NCBI GenBank assembly: GCA_016840165.1
Contig: JAEOSU010000012.1
Location: 1-53,524, forward strand
Length of the DNA stretch: 53,524 nucleotides
Direction of reading: 5' to 3'
Origin: Promethearchaeota archaeon
GTDB lineage: Archaea > Asgardarchaeota > Lokiarchaeia > Sigyniarchaeales > SOKP01
The notes below the pieces were generated by a model that saw only the letters and a list, made by a program, of their open reading frames with translations, had not been told where the DNA came from and searched no databases. Shown piece after piece: positions 30,778 through 40,871 of the stretch. Made by a program: the position numbers and the translations under genes. Each line of letters starts with the position of its first letter. Position 1 is the stretch's first letter.

Positions 30778-30990
30778 TTACTCTTTTTTATTTATATTTT
30801 TTTTCATAAGCAATTTAAAACTAGCATTATCTAAATCATGATACATTTTAAGCTCTTCTTCCAAAAAATCTCCTAATGCAATTCTTATTGCTTCACTTCG
30901 AGAGGGATAAATCCCAAGATCATTTAACGTTTGGATCGCAGCAAGATATTTTTCAGGTAAATTTATAGTTATAATCTTCATTCTTATCAA
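30778..30990 (-). CDS. Ribbon-helix-helix (CopG-like) transcriptional regulator
   Basis: MKIITINLPEKYL...G.YPSRSEAIR.A. Confidence 0.88.
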   Translation of the reverse strand: MIRMKIITINLPEKYLAAIQTLNDLGIYPSRSEAIRIALGDFLEEELKMYHDLDNASFKLLMKKNINKKE

Positions 30991-31149
30991 CCCTTAATCA
31001 TATATTTCAAGTTCTGAATTATTAAGCTTGAATTAATATAATTATTTTGTCGGATAATATATAAATAAGAAATATTAATGCTTTAATGCTATTAATATGT
31101 TAATTTTAGACGAATACTACTTAAAAATGACTAAAAAAAGAATTATTTA

Positions 31150-31905
31150 TTATTCAGTTGGATTTTCGAATGATTTAATATGAAGCACTAATGAAAATGC
31201 GGATTTATAGAGGTCTGCATGGCTTACTTCTTTAATATCCTTCATATATTTAATAGAATAATCCTCCTCTCTCTGAATATAGGTAATATCTTTTAATTTA
31301 TGCTTATTATCCAAAAACACATCTAATCTTAAAACATTTTCTTCAGAAGTTCTTGGTATTTGTGGAGCCATATTAAATGTAAACACCAGATCAGGCTCGG
31401 AAAGATCCTTAGCATCTATTACAAATAAAACATTCGGTTGAGCAAATCCGATAAAGGATTCAATTGAATGAAAGTAGTCATCAATTTTTATCTTAAGTTT
31501 TGAATCATTAATAGTACTATAATCGGTGATTTTTGGGAAAACGAACTTTTCTTTCCCTCTAAAAGCAAGACTGGATTCATTAATGTTAAGATATTTCTTA
31601 AAGATCTCATGATCTTTGTCCAATAAAAATTTCTCAGTAATTTCTTCTGCTTTTACATAGATTATCATGGAACTGGATGAAAGAAGGTTAATTTTTTGGT
31701 AATATATACCTCTTATAGGGTCAAATGGTAAATTAATGATTTCTCGATTGCCTCCGAGTCCAAGTTGTGCCATTAAATTAGTCGAAGATTGACTATTCAA
31801 GGTTAATAATAAAAACGCTCTGAAATTTTCTAGTTCTATGAAATGAGTAAAATCTTTAAAGTGCTTATTCACAAGTTCAATCTTTTCATAAATATTCTCA
31901 GACAT
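31150..31905 (-). CDS. Hypothetical protein
   Basis: 251-aa ORF with a GGAG SD-like sequence upstream; no motif recognised. Confidence 0.75.
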   Translation of the reverse strand: MSENIYEKIELVNKHFKDFTHFIELENFRAFLLLTLNSQSSTNLMAQLGLGGNREIINLPFDPIRGIYYQKINLLSSSSMIIYVKAEEITEKFLLDKDHEIFKKYLNINESSLAFRGKEKFVFPKITDYSTINDSKLKIKIDDYFHSIESFIGFAQPNVLFVIDAKDLSEPDLVFTFNMAPQIPRTSEENVLRLDVFLDNKHKLKDITYIQREEDYSIKYMKDIKEVSHADLYKSAFSLVLHIKSFENPTE

Positions 31906-31970
31906 AAAATCTCCTTTTTATTTCAATAATGAATAAGGTAGATGGTGAGAAGTTTTTATAGTAATTAAAT

Positions 31971-32387
31971 TTAATCCAAATATTTCGAAAGAAACTTCTT
32001 TAATGACTCTTTAACTTTTTGGGTAATATGATGCTCAATTTCATGTGTAACAGATTCAATTACCCGAGCATCCTTTATTTTTAATACCTCTTTGAAAAAA
32101 ACACGCAACAATGAATGGATTTCATCTAATTGTATAGCATATCTCTTCCCTTTTTCAGACAATCTTATTGCTTTTCTTGGTTCCCATTTGATTAAATTAT
32201 TATTCTTAAGTTTTTCTAACATCCCAGAAACAGAGGCAGGTTCGACTTCTAAACTATCTGCTATTTCCTTATTCTGTACCCAACCTCCCCTTTTCTTTTT
32301 GGAGATGTCATATATAACATCTATATATCGCTGATAACTTTCTGGGAGTTCTGTAATTTCTAATCCTTCATCATCGCTCTTTGCCAT
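31971..32387 (-). CDS. DtxR/MntR family metal-dependent regulator
   Basis: YIDVIY...IADSLEVEPASVSGML.KL...HEIEHHI. Confidence 0.9.
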   Translation of the reverse strand: MAKSDDEGLEITELPESYQRYIDVIYDISKKKRGGWVQNKEIADSLEVEPASVSGMLEKLKNNNLIKWEPRKAIRLSEKGKRYAIQLDEIHSLLRVFFKEVLKIKDARVIESVTHEIEHHITQKVKESLKKFLSKYLD

Positions 32388-32556
32388 TTAATATCCTCCT
32401 TTGAAAGTCTTTTTTATCAATTTGAATTTCAACTTAAGATGTTTTATGAATAATAATTCATTATTTTATTTTTACTTTTCGTATAAATTTTTTTTAGATA
32501 TTATAGATAAGAATCATAAAGGAGTATTTAAGATCAATGCCAAATTACTGTAATTA

Positions 32557-33132
32557 ATGAAAAAAGATTTTGATGGCATACTTTTTTTAGTTGTGGGAAA
32601 CTCTGGCTCGGGTAAAGATACACTCATTAGAGCAGTTATGGAACGATATCCTTCTGATCGTAAGCAAATTCTCTCTCCAAAACGTTATATTACTAGAAAA
32701 CCGTCGGAAACTGAAAGTAATATATCTGTAACCCCTAAGGAGTTTGAGAAATTATCACTAGAAGGAAGATTTGCTTTAGAATGGCATATTTACGGTCTAT
32801 CTTATGGAGTGCCTGCAATAATTGACGATTGGTTGTATTCCGGCCATCCTGTAATAATCAATGTAAGTAGAAAAATCATTCAAGAAGCTAGAACCAAATA
32901 TAATAATGTAAAGGTTATTTTCATAGATGTACCAATAGAAATAAGTATAAAAAGATTAAAGGCTCGTGGTCGTGAAACAGGAAATCAATTAAATAAAAGA
33001 ATAGAAAGAGCTCGAACCCATCAGACATATGAATCTGCTGACTTTATCTTAGACAACTCTGGAATGTTAGAAAAAGCGATTGATGGCCTATTTAATTATA
33101 TTTTAACGTGTGTTAACCAAAGAATGAAATAG
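32557..33132 (+). CDS. phnN: Ribose 1,5-bisphosphokinase (PhnN, guanylate kinase-like)
   Basis: GNSGSGKDTL, RYITR, FALEW..YGL.YGVP, NVSR and RL.ARGRE. Confidence 0.85.
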   Translation: MKKDFDGILFLVVGNSGSGKDTLIRAVMERYPSDRKQILSPKRYITRKPSETESNISVTPKEFEKLSLEGRFALEWHIYGLSYGVPAIIDDWLYSGHPVIINVSRKIIQEARTKYNNVKVIFIDVPIEISIKRLKARGRETGNQLNKRIERARTHQTYESADFILDNSGMLEKAIDGLFNYILTCVNQRMK

Positions 33133-33180
33133 AATAAAATTTTTTTAAGAAAGAATATTATTTACCATACAACTAAAAAT

Positions 33181-33253
33181 GGCCCGGTTCGTATAGTGGT
33201 TAGTATTGGGGACTGTGAATCCCTAGAGGCGGGTTCAATTCCCGCATCGGGCC
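33181..33253 (+). tRNA. tRNA-His (GTG), intronless, encoded G-1, no encoded CCA
   Basis: Acceptor GCCCGGT/ATCGGGC with G-1:C73, anticodon arm GGGGA-CTGTGAA-TCCCT and T arm GCGGG-TTCAATT-CCCGC. Confidence 0.95.
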
Positions 33254-33393
33254 CTTCTTCTTTTTATTAAAGCCTCCCAGGAAGCAATATCACTACCTAC
33301 TTATGACCTTAAAAGTTTTAAAATTAATTTAAAATCATAAATTAAAAGCATGATGGAGAGTTAAATTAAATATAAAGTAAAAAAAATGATACA

Positions 33394-33846
33394 ATGACAG
33401 TCTTAGATCCTGAAAAACTCCGAGATATCCCTGGTTGGAAAGACGCTCCAATCCATATATGTATGGATGCAGATTATCGTGGCTTAACTTTCTGCTGTAA
33501 ACCAGGATATTCCTTGACTTTTGCGTTTAAGTGTAAGAGAGATGAAACATTAAATCAGCTTGGAATCTCTCAAGAGGAGTTCACAGCGATTAAAGAAAAA
33601 TTTTCGAAAGATAATGACTGGGATTCTGAATTAACGTGTTTTGGCTCACTTTCCTATTGCTGTATGAGGAGAGATGGTTGTCCTAAAAGAGATGCTGCTT
33701 TAGAGAAAAGATATCCTAGACAAAGTAGAGAAGAATATATGAAGATTTATTATCTGAAGAAAAAAGAACTATCAAAAATAATTTTGGAAGCGGTAAAAAA
33801 TCCTAGAGTGAAAAAACAAGTCAACATATTGCTAGATTTATTTTGA
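33394..33846 (+). CDS. Methanogenesis marker 9-like Cys-rich domain protein
   Basis: W.DAP.HIC...D.RGL.FCC.P...C.RD..L...GIS.EEF and TCFGSL.YCC....C..RD. Confidence 0.7.
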   Translation: MTVLDPEKLRDIPGWKDAPIHICMDADYRGLTFCCKPGYSLTFAFKCKRDETLNQLGISQEEFTAIKEKFSKDNDWDSELTCFGSLSYCCMRRDGCPKRDAALEKRYPRQSREEYMKIYYLKKKELSKIILEAVKNPRVKKQVNILLDLF

Positions 33847-33856
33847 TGATTAAAAT

Positions 33857-34804
33857 ATGATAGTCTCAATTTCACATGAACATGATTTAGACGGATTGGG
33901 TTCACAAGCAATAATTAAACGGTATTATGATACCTCATCTTCAAAGGAAACAATAAAACTCTTAGATGCAAATTATACAAATTTCATTGAAATAGTGAAT
34001 AAACAGCTCACTTCTGAGATTAATATCAGTAATTTGATAATTTCCGATATTGGATTCAACAAGTCATTCAAGACTTTATTCCACTTGTTTAAATCAGCTA
34101 AAAAGAAGAATTGTCGCATTTTATGGTTTGATCATCATATTGTTGATGCTTCAATAAAGAAAAAAATACGTAAATTAATCGATGTCTATGTGAATGACGT
34201 ACAAAAATGTGCTGCCGAAATATTAAAAGATTACTTCCTTCCTAATGACCCCGTTGCTGTAAAAATAGCAGATTTTGCTCGGGATACAGATTTTAAAACA
34301 GAAGAGTATAAACTTGCTTCGGATATCCAATTAATTATTGGATATAATATTGGACCTAAAGGTTTTAATAATCGCCGCAAGATAGTCGAACTCCTTTCAG
34401 AGGGGAAGTTCAATGATCAGTGGTTTGAGACTCAGATTAGAGAGCTAGAAAAGTGGATAAAAGAACAATCAGATTTTGCCATTCAGAATGTAATAAAAAT
34501 TAATATTAGGAATTTTGGGAATGCTTACATCTCATATGCTAAAATTGGAGGGGGTAAAATCACTGAACTTTTAAAAAAAGAATATCCCGATTCACTAGCA
34601 TATATCGGAATTGATCTAAGATATAATGAAATAATTATTCATAGCGATTTTATACAATGTAGAGAGTTTGCAAGATATTTTGGAGGAGGTGGTCATAAAA
34701 ATCGCGCAGGTTTCAAGCACCCTCATACTTTTACAGATAAGAAAGAATTATCAGAACGATTCATTCAAGATATTAAAAAGGTTTTACCTAAATTTAAGAA
34801 ATAA
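33857..34804 (+). CDS. DHH/DHHA1 family phosphoesterase
   Basis: H..DLDG, SD, DHH and GGGGH..AG motifs. Confidence 0.9.
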   Translation: MIVSISHEHDLDGLGSQAIIKRYYDTSSSKETIKLLDANYTNFIEIVNKQLTSEINISNLIISDIGFNKSFKTLFHLFKSAKKKNCRILWFDHHIVDASIKKKIRKLIDVYVNDVQKCAAEILKDYFLPNDPVAVKIADFARDTDFKTEEYKLASDIQLIIGYNIGPKGFNNRRKIVELLSEGKFNDQWFETQIRELEKWIKEQSDFAIQNVIKINIRNFGNAYISYAKIGGGKITELLKKEYPDSLAYIGIDLRYNEIIIHSDFIQCREFARYFGGGGHKNRAGFKHPHTFTDKKELSERFIQDIKKVLPKFKK

Positions 34805-34880
34805 TTTTTGATAAATTGGTAAAAATTCGGTTATAATACTCGAAGATATATTGTGATGTTTTCTCCAACTAGGCTTATAT

Positions 34881-34902
34881 TCGTGAAATTGGCGTTTCAC
34901 GA
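34881..34902. terminator. 8-bp hairpin between convergent DHH and hsp20 genes
   Basis: TCGTGAAA-TTGGCG-TTTCACGA. The terminator or 3'-end role is inferred from position only. Confidence 0.35.
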
Positions 34903-34917
34903 TGTAAAAAACATAGA

Positions 34918-35574
34918 TTAGTCAATTTTTATGTTAGTATGTTTCTCATCTATCTTTTTCAATGTCACTTCCAAGATTCCATTAGTATATCGTGCTTTTG
35001 CATAGTTGGAATCAATTGTAGCGGGTAAATCGACTTCCTTATAATATTTTCTTCCCACTATCCCTTCCTTCGTTTTTATAGTAATTGAATGTGGTGTTGC
35101 TTTTAATTCGATATCATCCCGGGTAACTCCAGGCATTTCTGCGACAACAATGATTTGGTTTACATCTTCATTTACCTCAACAAGCGGTTCTCTTGCCTTG
35201 TTTACTTTGGGTTTGCTTGAATATGGAGTCTTTTTAATATTTCCAAAGGAATCAATTATAGGTTTACCATCTTGGCCAAAATTAATATTGAAGCCATACA
35301 TGATTGGCCCTTTAAAACCAAATTTATCACGATTTTTCATGAATTCTTTCATAATATCTTCCGGAGACATTCCTTGCAATTCCTTGGGAAGGTTATTTGA
35401 AATTTGTTTGAAAATTTCTCTGAAAATATTTTGAAATTCTTTTGAATTAAATAATTTTGAAGGATCAATATTTTTAAAGATTTTATTGGGGTCTCCTAAA
35501 TACTTAGAGAAATCAAAGGGATCATCACCCTCATCCTCATTATCTTCTTCATCATTTTCATCATTCCTTACCAT
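34918..35574 (-). CDS. hsp20: Archaeal small heat shock protein Hsp20
   Basis: GP..YGF....G.DGKP.I..FGN, REPLVEV, AEMPGV and A.Y.NGILEV. Confidence 0.93.
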   Translation of the reverse strand: MVRNDENDEEDNEDEGDDPFDFSKYLGDPNKIFKNIDPSKLFNSKEFQNIFREIFKQISNNLPKELQGMSPEDIMKEFMKNRDKFGFKGPIMYGFNINFGQDGKPIIDSFGNIKKTPYSSKPKVNKAREPLVEVNEDVNQIIVVAEMPGVTRDDIELKATPHSITIKTKEGIVGRKYYKEVDLPATIDSNYAKARYTNGILEVTLKKIDEKHTNIKID

Positions 35575-35759
35575 AAATTCATATCACCAGAAAAAATGTG
35601 TAGATATTACGTTCAATTAAATTTTTAAATATAAATTTAAATATAAATACTTAAAGCTAGAAAAATTTAAGCTTATATTCTAGAAAAAATTGTTTAGATT
35701 AATAAACTTATTCCAATTATAAAATATGTCTAGAATTTTTAAAAATAATATAAGAGTGG

Positions 35760-37577
35760 ATGATTATGTACTCTGAATTGTCAGATGACGATAAAGAAAT
35801 GTATCTGGATGTTCTTCGAGAGGCACCAATCCTACCTTTCTCCAATTTCGTATCTCGGGGAGATATTCCAGACAGAGTTGATATCGCACGTGTGCGAAGT
35901 TATATTGATCGTGAAGTATATCGCTTGGTTCGCCAAACTTATCGAGATCGCTCAAGCAGGCTTATTCCAATTCTCGGATCGGCAGGCACAGGTAAAACCC
36001 ACGCATACCATTCATTTAAAGATAAAGAGCGAGAAAACCGAAAAAAATTAGAAGAAACTACAGAAGAAGAGGAGGTTGAGGTAAGCCAATTAGAGCCCGT
36101 AGATTGGACAATTATTTATGTCCCCAGTCCTCCTGCAAGTATTCGTGTATTACTTCATGTATATACTTGTATTATTGAAGAAGTAGGTCCTGAAATATTA
36201 GATATTGTATCAAAAAAGTTAGTTGTAGAAAAATGGGGCGGTAAAAAGGGAGGGTTGTTTCAAAAACCGAAAGTAGATGAAGTAATACAAAAAGGAATTA
36301 GAGAGTTTCCAGGAGTGTTTGCTGATTGCGTAAAGGCTTTAGTAACATATCAATTAGATAAGAGTAAAAAAGCACTAGCAGAAAGATGGTTGCTTGGTGA
36401 AGATCTTGAGACCGAAGAACTTGCTGAATTAGGTATTAATAGTGTGGTTGAAGAAGATGATGTATGTCTCGCAATGATTAAAATTATAACAGAAAATTTA
36501 GATAGAGTTTTAATCCTTTATTTTGATGAATTAGAATCACCGTATCGTATGCTTGGTGAAGCAGCGGAAAGAAAATTTCTTGAAATCCTTAAAAGATTGT
36601 ATAATGAAGTAAAAGGATTAGTAATTATTATAGCAGTTCTAAAAGAAATTTGGCCCCGTATCTTAGAGATTGCTGATCAACCTTTACGTTCACGAATGGA
36701 ACCAGAACAAGAATTAAAACCATTTAGTTTAAATGATCTTAAAATATTTTATTCAAAAACCATGGAAACCTTCTGGGATGATAATAATTTAAATCCTCCG
36801 TTATATCCATTATTTCCTTTGAATGAAAAATTAATTGAAATGATATATGAAAAAACCCAAGGAAATCCAAGAAATTCAATTAAATTATGTCGAAGGTTTA
36901 TTGATAAAGTTGTTATTGAAGAAATGAGTGTGGAAGAATTAATGGAAGCAGGAGCAGACATCGTGGCAACAGCTAAACCACCCCTTCCTGAGGAAGAAGT
37001 AGTTGATTTCTCAAAACCACGAGAAATTATTAAAAAAACCATCGAGGAAATATTAGCAGAGGAGGAATATGTTATTGATGTCAATCCAGCATCGGTTGCT
37101 GGTGCAACATTAAAAACAATAATGAAGATTGGAGAAAATAAAGGAAAAGATTTTAATACTCAGATGGAATTTAAGTTTATGCTTGGAAAAAGGAGTCAAA
37201 TGTTAGCAGCATTAATCGAATATAAAGGAAAAAAATGGGGTTTGGAAATACCATCTATTAAAACTTTCGATCGCAGTGCAGGAGTCGCAGGTTATTATGC
37301 AGCAAAACGATTAAAGGACGCCCTAGATCAAAAAGCAGTAGACGAGGGCATTTTAATTGTACCAACTGGAAGCGGAGGGGCAAAATTTGAAATGATTTTG
37401 GAAAATAATGCTGAAATTCATAAAGTAGAGTTAAATAATGATTCAGGAGAAAAATTAATTGCTAATGCTCTTACTTATCCAACAGAGAAAGGATGGGAGA
37501 TTGCAAGTATCATTTTTCCAGATATTGGAGATTATGTCCCACAAGAAGAAGAAAGTTCAGAAGAAGATACAGAATAA
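35760..37577 (+). CDS. P-loop AAA+ ATPase with additional C-terminal domain
   Basis: Walker A GSAGTGKT, Walker B ILYFDELE, LRSRM (Arg finger) and GNPRNSIK (sensor 2). Confidence 0.8.
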   Translation: MIMYSELSDDDKEMYLDVLREAPILPFSNFVSRGDIPDRVDIARVRSYIDREVYRLVRQTYRDRSSRLIPILGSAGTGKTHAYHSFKDKERENRKKLEETTEEEEVEVSQLEPVDWTIIYVPSPPASIRVLLHVYTCIIEEVGPEILDIVSKKLVVEKWGGKKGGLFQKPKVDEVIQKGIREFPGVFADCVKALVTYQLDKSKKALAERWLLGEDLETEELAELGINSVVEEDDVCLAMIKIITENLDRVLILYFDELESPYRMLGEAAERKFLEILKRLYNEVKGLVIIIAVLKEIWPRILEIADQPLRSRMEPEQELKPFSLNDLKIFYSKTMETFWDDNNLNPPLYPLFPLNEKLIEMIYEKTQGNPRNSIKLCRRFIDKVVIEEMSVEELMEAGADIVATAKPPLPEEEVVDFSKPREIIKKTIEEILAEEEYVIDVNPASVAGATLKTIMKIGENKGKDFNTQMEFKFMLGKRSQMLAALIEYKGKKWGLEIPSIKTFDRSAGVAGYYAAKRLKDALDQKAVDEGILIVPTGSGGAKFEMILENNAEIHKVELNNDSGEKLIANALTYPTEKGWEIASIIFPDIGDYVPQEEESSEEDTE

Positions 37578-37615
37578 CTAAAACTTTAGTTAATAATTTA
37601 TTTTTCTATGTTTTT

Positions 37616-38539
37616 TTATAATTCATCTAGTGCATCTTTGATTCTTTTATCGAGATTAAATAATTCTTTTGCATGTTTATCTGCTTGATTTGAATAAGAA
37701 AGAATTTGAGCTAGTTTCGAGATTTTTTCATTATCCTCAAAAGAACTCGATATGTTTATCAATCTATTTAAGGGTTTATTGAGTTCATGATAAAGATGCA
37801 ATTTATTCTCTTGTAAGCTTTCAATTAATCCATTAATATTTTTATATAATTGTTCACTTTCTTTTATCAAATCTGGTAAAGTACCAATTTCTTCTGCTTT
37901 ATATCTTAAAAATGAAACAATTTCATATTCTTGGATAATTTCTGCTAATTCAGCAGCTTTTAAATAACTTTTTTTAGCTTTTCTATATGCATTCTGATTC
38001 AGAAATTGTTCTGCGAGTTTGATCTCATTAGCTAACTTTTCAGGGATTTCTTCGCCTAAATCTATAAGTTCTCTTGCTTCCTGTAATTCACCATCATCTA
38101 TCATTTTTTTGGTCTTATCATTTATAGTATCTACTATAATTGCTGGTTCCTTCAACTTTTCCATCAATGACAGAATGGAGTTTAATGAATCCTTCAGAAT
38201 CTCCTCCATTTTGCTCCTATCATCAGTATAATCTTTTAGGATTTTCTCCTCTATTGTTTCAAAGATACTTTTAATGGAAACCATATCTTCATCTTCCTTG
38301 AGAATAAAGCCTAAAAAGAGATTTTCTTTCCCAAGTGCTTTTGCATCAATCTGATTTGAAAAGTAGCGAACCTCATTCTCTTGAGAGAGAGCACTCTTAA
38401 ATTCTTTTTCTATATGTTTCTGCACAAAATCTTTTAAGATATCTTTGGGTAATTCTTGCTTGATAAGATAATATTCTGCTAAAATATTTGGACCAAAAGA
38501 TTCATCTATTTCATAGAGAAAAATTGCTTGAGGTGACAT
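37616..38539 (-). CDS. Hypothetical protein with N-terminal longin/uDENN-like domain and helical C-terminus
   Basis: AIFLYEIDESFGPNILAEY resembles the uDENN/longin start (xFDxxxGPxxxxxY); TPR-like helices follow. Confidence 0.5.
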   Translation of the reverse strand: MSPQAIFLYEIDESFGPNILAEYYLIKQELPKDILKDFVQKHIEKEFKSALSQENEVRYFSNQIDAKALGKENLFLGFILKEDEDMVSIKSIFETIEEKILKDYTDDRSKMEEILKDSLNSILSLMEKLKEPAIIVDTINDKTKKMIDDGELQEARELIDLGEEIPEKLANEIKLAEQFLNQNAYRKAKKSYLKAAELAEIIQEYEIVSFLRYKAEEIGTLPDLIKESEQLYKNINGLIESLQENKLHLYHELNKPLNRLINISSSFEDNEKISKLAQILSYSNQADKHAKELFNLDKRIKDALDEL

Positions 38540-38641
38540 TTTCTTAATTGATTGTATGAATTTTCTTAATTTGTTAATTACTAATTAATAACTATTTGAT
38601 TTTAAATATTTATTTAATCAAATTAGACTGAATTTACATTA

Positions 38642-39319
38642 TTACTTTGACAAAACGTTTTTATCGTATAATTTACGTACACCTTGAAACTTTTCATTTA
38701 GCACATGACTATAGTACTTTTCTTTAAATAATTCCTCAATTTGGTCAAGTGGTAAATCAGCATGTACTCCTCGATCTTCAAGATATTCTCCGAATTTATT
38801 CCCTTCATTATCATAAGCAGGAAAGACTGCATCATTTTCTCCATCAAATTCTACCATCGGGAAAAAGTTACCTTTTATTGCAGTTTGTTTATCAAATGAA
38901 GGAGTTAGCTTAATCCATTTTTGATTTAGATAAAACTCGCTATATCCATGATAATACATAATATTTGTCCCCATATAATCAATAACTTTCTGTGAGACTT
39001 TATGGTTAATCAAATCACATAAATGGATTCGGGCAGGAATTCCAATCGCTCGCGCAAAAGAAGATAGTAGTATAGATTTAGACACGCAAAAGCCATTTTT
39101 TCTGCGTAAGGTGACGCTTGCTTTAAAATTGGTTTTAACTGATGGGATATACGTGGACATATTGTATTTTATCTCATCTCTAACCCAAAAAAATAATGCA
39201 ATCGCCTTTTCTCGGATTGAATCAAATTCTTCTGTTATTTCAAGAGCTTTATTAAATACAGGTTTATGATTGAAATCGAAAAAATAAGTTGGTTGTAAAT
39301 ATTTTTCAAAATCATCCAT
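38642..39319 (-). CDS. Transglutaminase-like domain protein
   Basis: GFCVSKS.LL...RA.GIPAR and HGYSE.YL...W. Confidence 0.88.
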   Translation of the reverse strand: MDDFEKYLQPTYFFDFNHKPVFNKALEITEEFDSIREKAIALFFWVRDEIKYNMSTYIPSVKTNFKASVTLRRKNGFCVSKSILLSSFARAIGIPARIHLCDLINHKVSQKVIDYMGTNIMYYHGYSEFYLNQKWIKLTPSFDKQTAIKGNFFPMVEFDGENDAVFPAYDNEGNKFGEYLEDRGVHADLPLDQIEELFKEKYYSHVLNEKFQGVRKLYDKNVLSK

Positions 39320-39393
39320 AAAAAGAAAAAAAAAGAATCACTTTAGAAGGTTGGTATTAGTTATAATTGTGAATACTCTTAAAATGGTGACTT

Positions 39394-40710
39394 TTATGTA
39401 TAAATAGGCAATAATATGATAAATTTACTACCTTGTTCCGAGTCTCCTTTCACTTTATCTTCTACCCATATATTTCCATTATAAAGTGTGATGATTTTTT
39501 TGACAAGGGATAGTCCAAGCCCCATTCCACCTATGGTTTTACTTTTTCCATATATTCTTTGGAAAATTTTATCCTTCATGTAATCTGGGACGCCATCTCC
39601 ATTATCAATAAATTCAAATTTATAATAGAACTTATCATCTTTCTCTTCCTTACTTATTTTTATTAATATCTCAATTTGAGATTTTTGATTATGTTTAACT
39701 GCATTAGTTACAATATTATCAAATACATCGATGATCAATTCATTAGTTAAAACAGTGATAGAATTAAAGGGATTTTCAATTTGGATATCAATTTTTCTCT
39801 CGGGGAAACTTTTTTTGAGGTAATCAATTGCTTTTTTGAGAGACTGAGAAATCTCCTTCGGTTCAAGTGAAATTTCCTCATAATCTAAGTCGGATAGGAC
39901 CCTCACGTTAGAAACTAGTTTAGCACCACGTTTAACCTGTTCTTTTACTATTTCGGTAAATTCTTGGTACTCTTCTTCTTTTTCATTCCCTTTTAAGTAA
40001 ATAGAGCGTAGCTCTGCAGAGGACTCAATACTTTGAAGTACGTTATTAATATCATGGGCGACTAAATCTTTATAGAAACTTTCCCGATTATAAAATTCTT
40101 TATATCTACGTTCTGATTCAGTTAACCTTTCCTCCAAATAGGCCACAATACCTGTTACAAATAAAATGGTCACAAAAAAAATGTCTGCTCCGATATTAAT
40201 TTCTTGAGCACCTTCCAAATTAAAAAGGATAAGTAGATTACCAACTGCGGTAAATAAAGCTCCCAGTTCTGCGAAAGATAGAAATACATGAGTTAATGTT
40301 CTCTTCTTAAATGTAATTCTTAATAACATAGAAAAACTGATTATTAGAAGAAGAATTAAAAAATGCACCAATCCTATATACACTAAATCAATGGATAATA
40401 ACATTCCAAAAAATTCAATCTTACTGCTTGCTGTTTTAGGTTTTTTAATAAATGTCTCATAATATTCGACGAAAACTGCAACATTAGCTAAAATTATGGT
40501 TAAGCCAAACAAAATGTATGAAACTATTTCGAAAGCTCCTAAATAAAATCTTATAGAATTAAATGTATATCCAAGAGTTAGTGCAATATAGGTAAAAAGC
40601 CAAAATTTCAAATCACGCCTTTTAAGAGTGACGAATAAGAAATTAATCGTTCCAATTATAGTAATTACTGTTAAAACAAGCTCCAGATAGGTAAGATCTA
40701 TAGAAGGCAT
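39394..40710 (-). CDS. Membrane sensor histidine kinase
   Basis: About 6 N-terminal TM segments, H-box AHDINN, N-box NAVKH, DNGDG and GMGLGL. Confidence 0.93.
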   Translation of the reverse strand: MPSIDLTYLELVLTVITIIGTINFLFVTLKRRDLKFWLFTYIALTLGYTFNSIRFYLGAFEIVSYILFGLTIILANVAVFVEYYETFIKKPKTASSKIEFFGMLLSIDLVYIGLVHFLILLLIISFSMLLRITFKKRTLTHVFLSFAELGALFTAVGNLLILFNLEGAQEINIGADIFFVTILFVTGIVAYLEERLTESERRYKEFYNRESFYKDLVAHDINNVLQSIESSAELRSIYLKGNEKEEEYQEFTEIVKEQVKRGAKLVSNVRVLSDLDYEEISLEPKEISQSLKKAIDYLKKSFPERKIDIQIENPFNSITVLTNELIIDVFDNIVTNAVKHNQKSQIEILIKISKEEKDDKFYYKFEFIDNGDGVPDYMKDKIFQRIYGKSKTIGGMGLGLSLVKKIITLYNGNIWVEDKVKGDSEQGSKFIILLPIYT

Positions 40711-40871
40711 AGATGAAAGTTGAGGTAAATTTTTAAGATTTAACTATATTACTTTTTAAATTCATTATGCCAATATGGATTATTAAATTTTTATTAATTC
40801 TATTTTATTTGTTACTTATAGACGTAATATAGAAATTTTTTGGTTGAAATATTAATGAAACTTAAATAAAT

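Noticed and set aside
33181-33320. tRNA-His as an integration site or intron-containing tRNA
   Set aside because: The cloverleaf is complete without an intron, and I saw no duplicated tRNA 3' end or integrase in the window.
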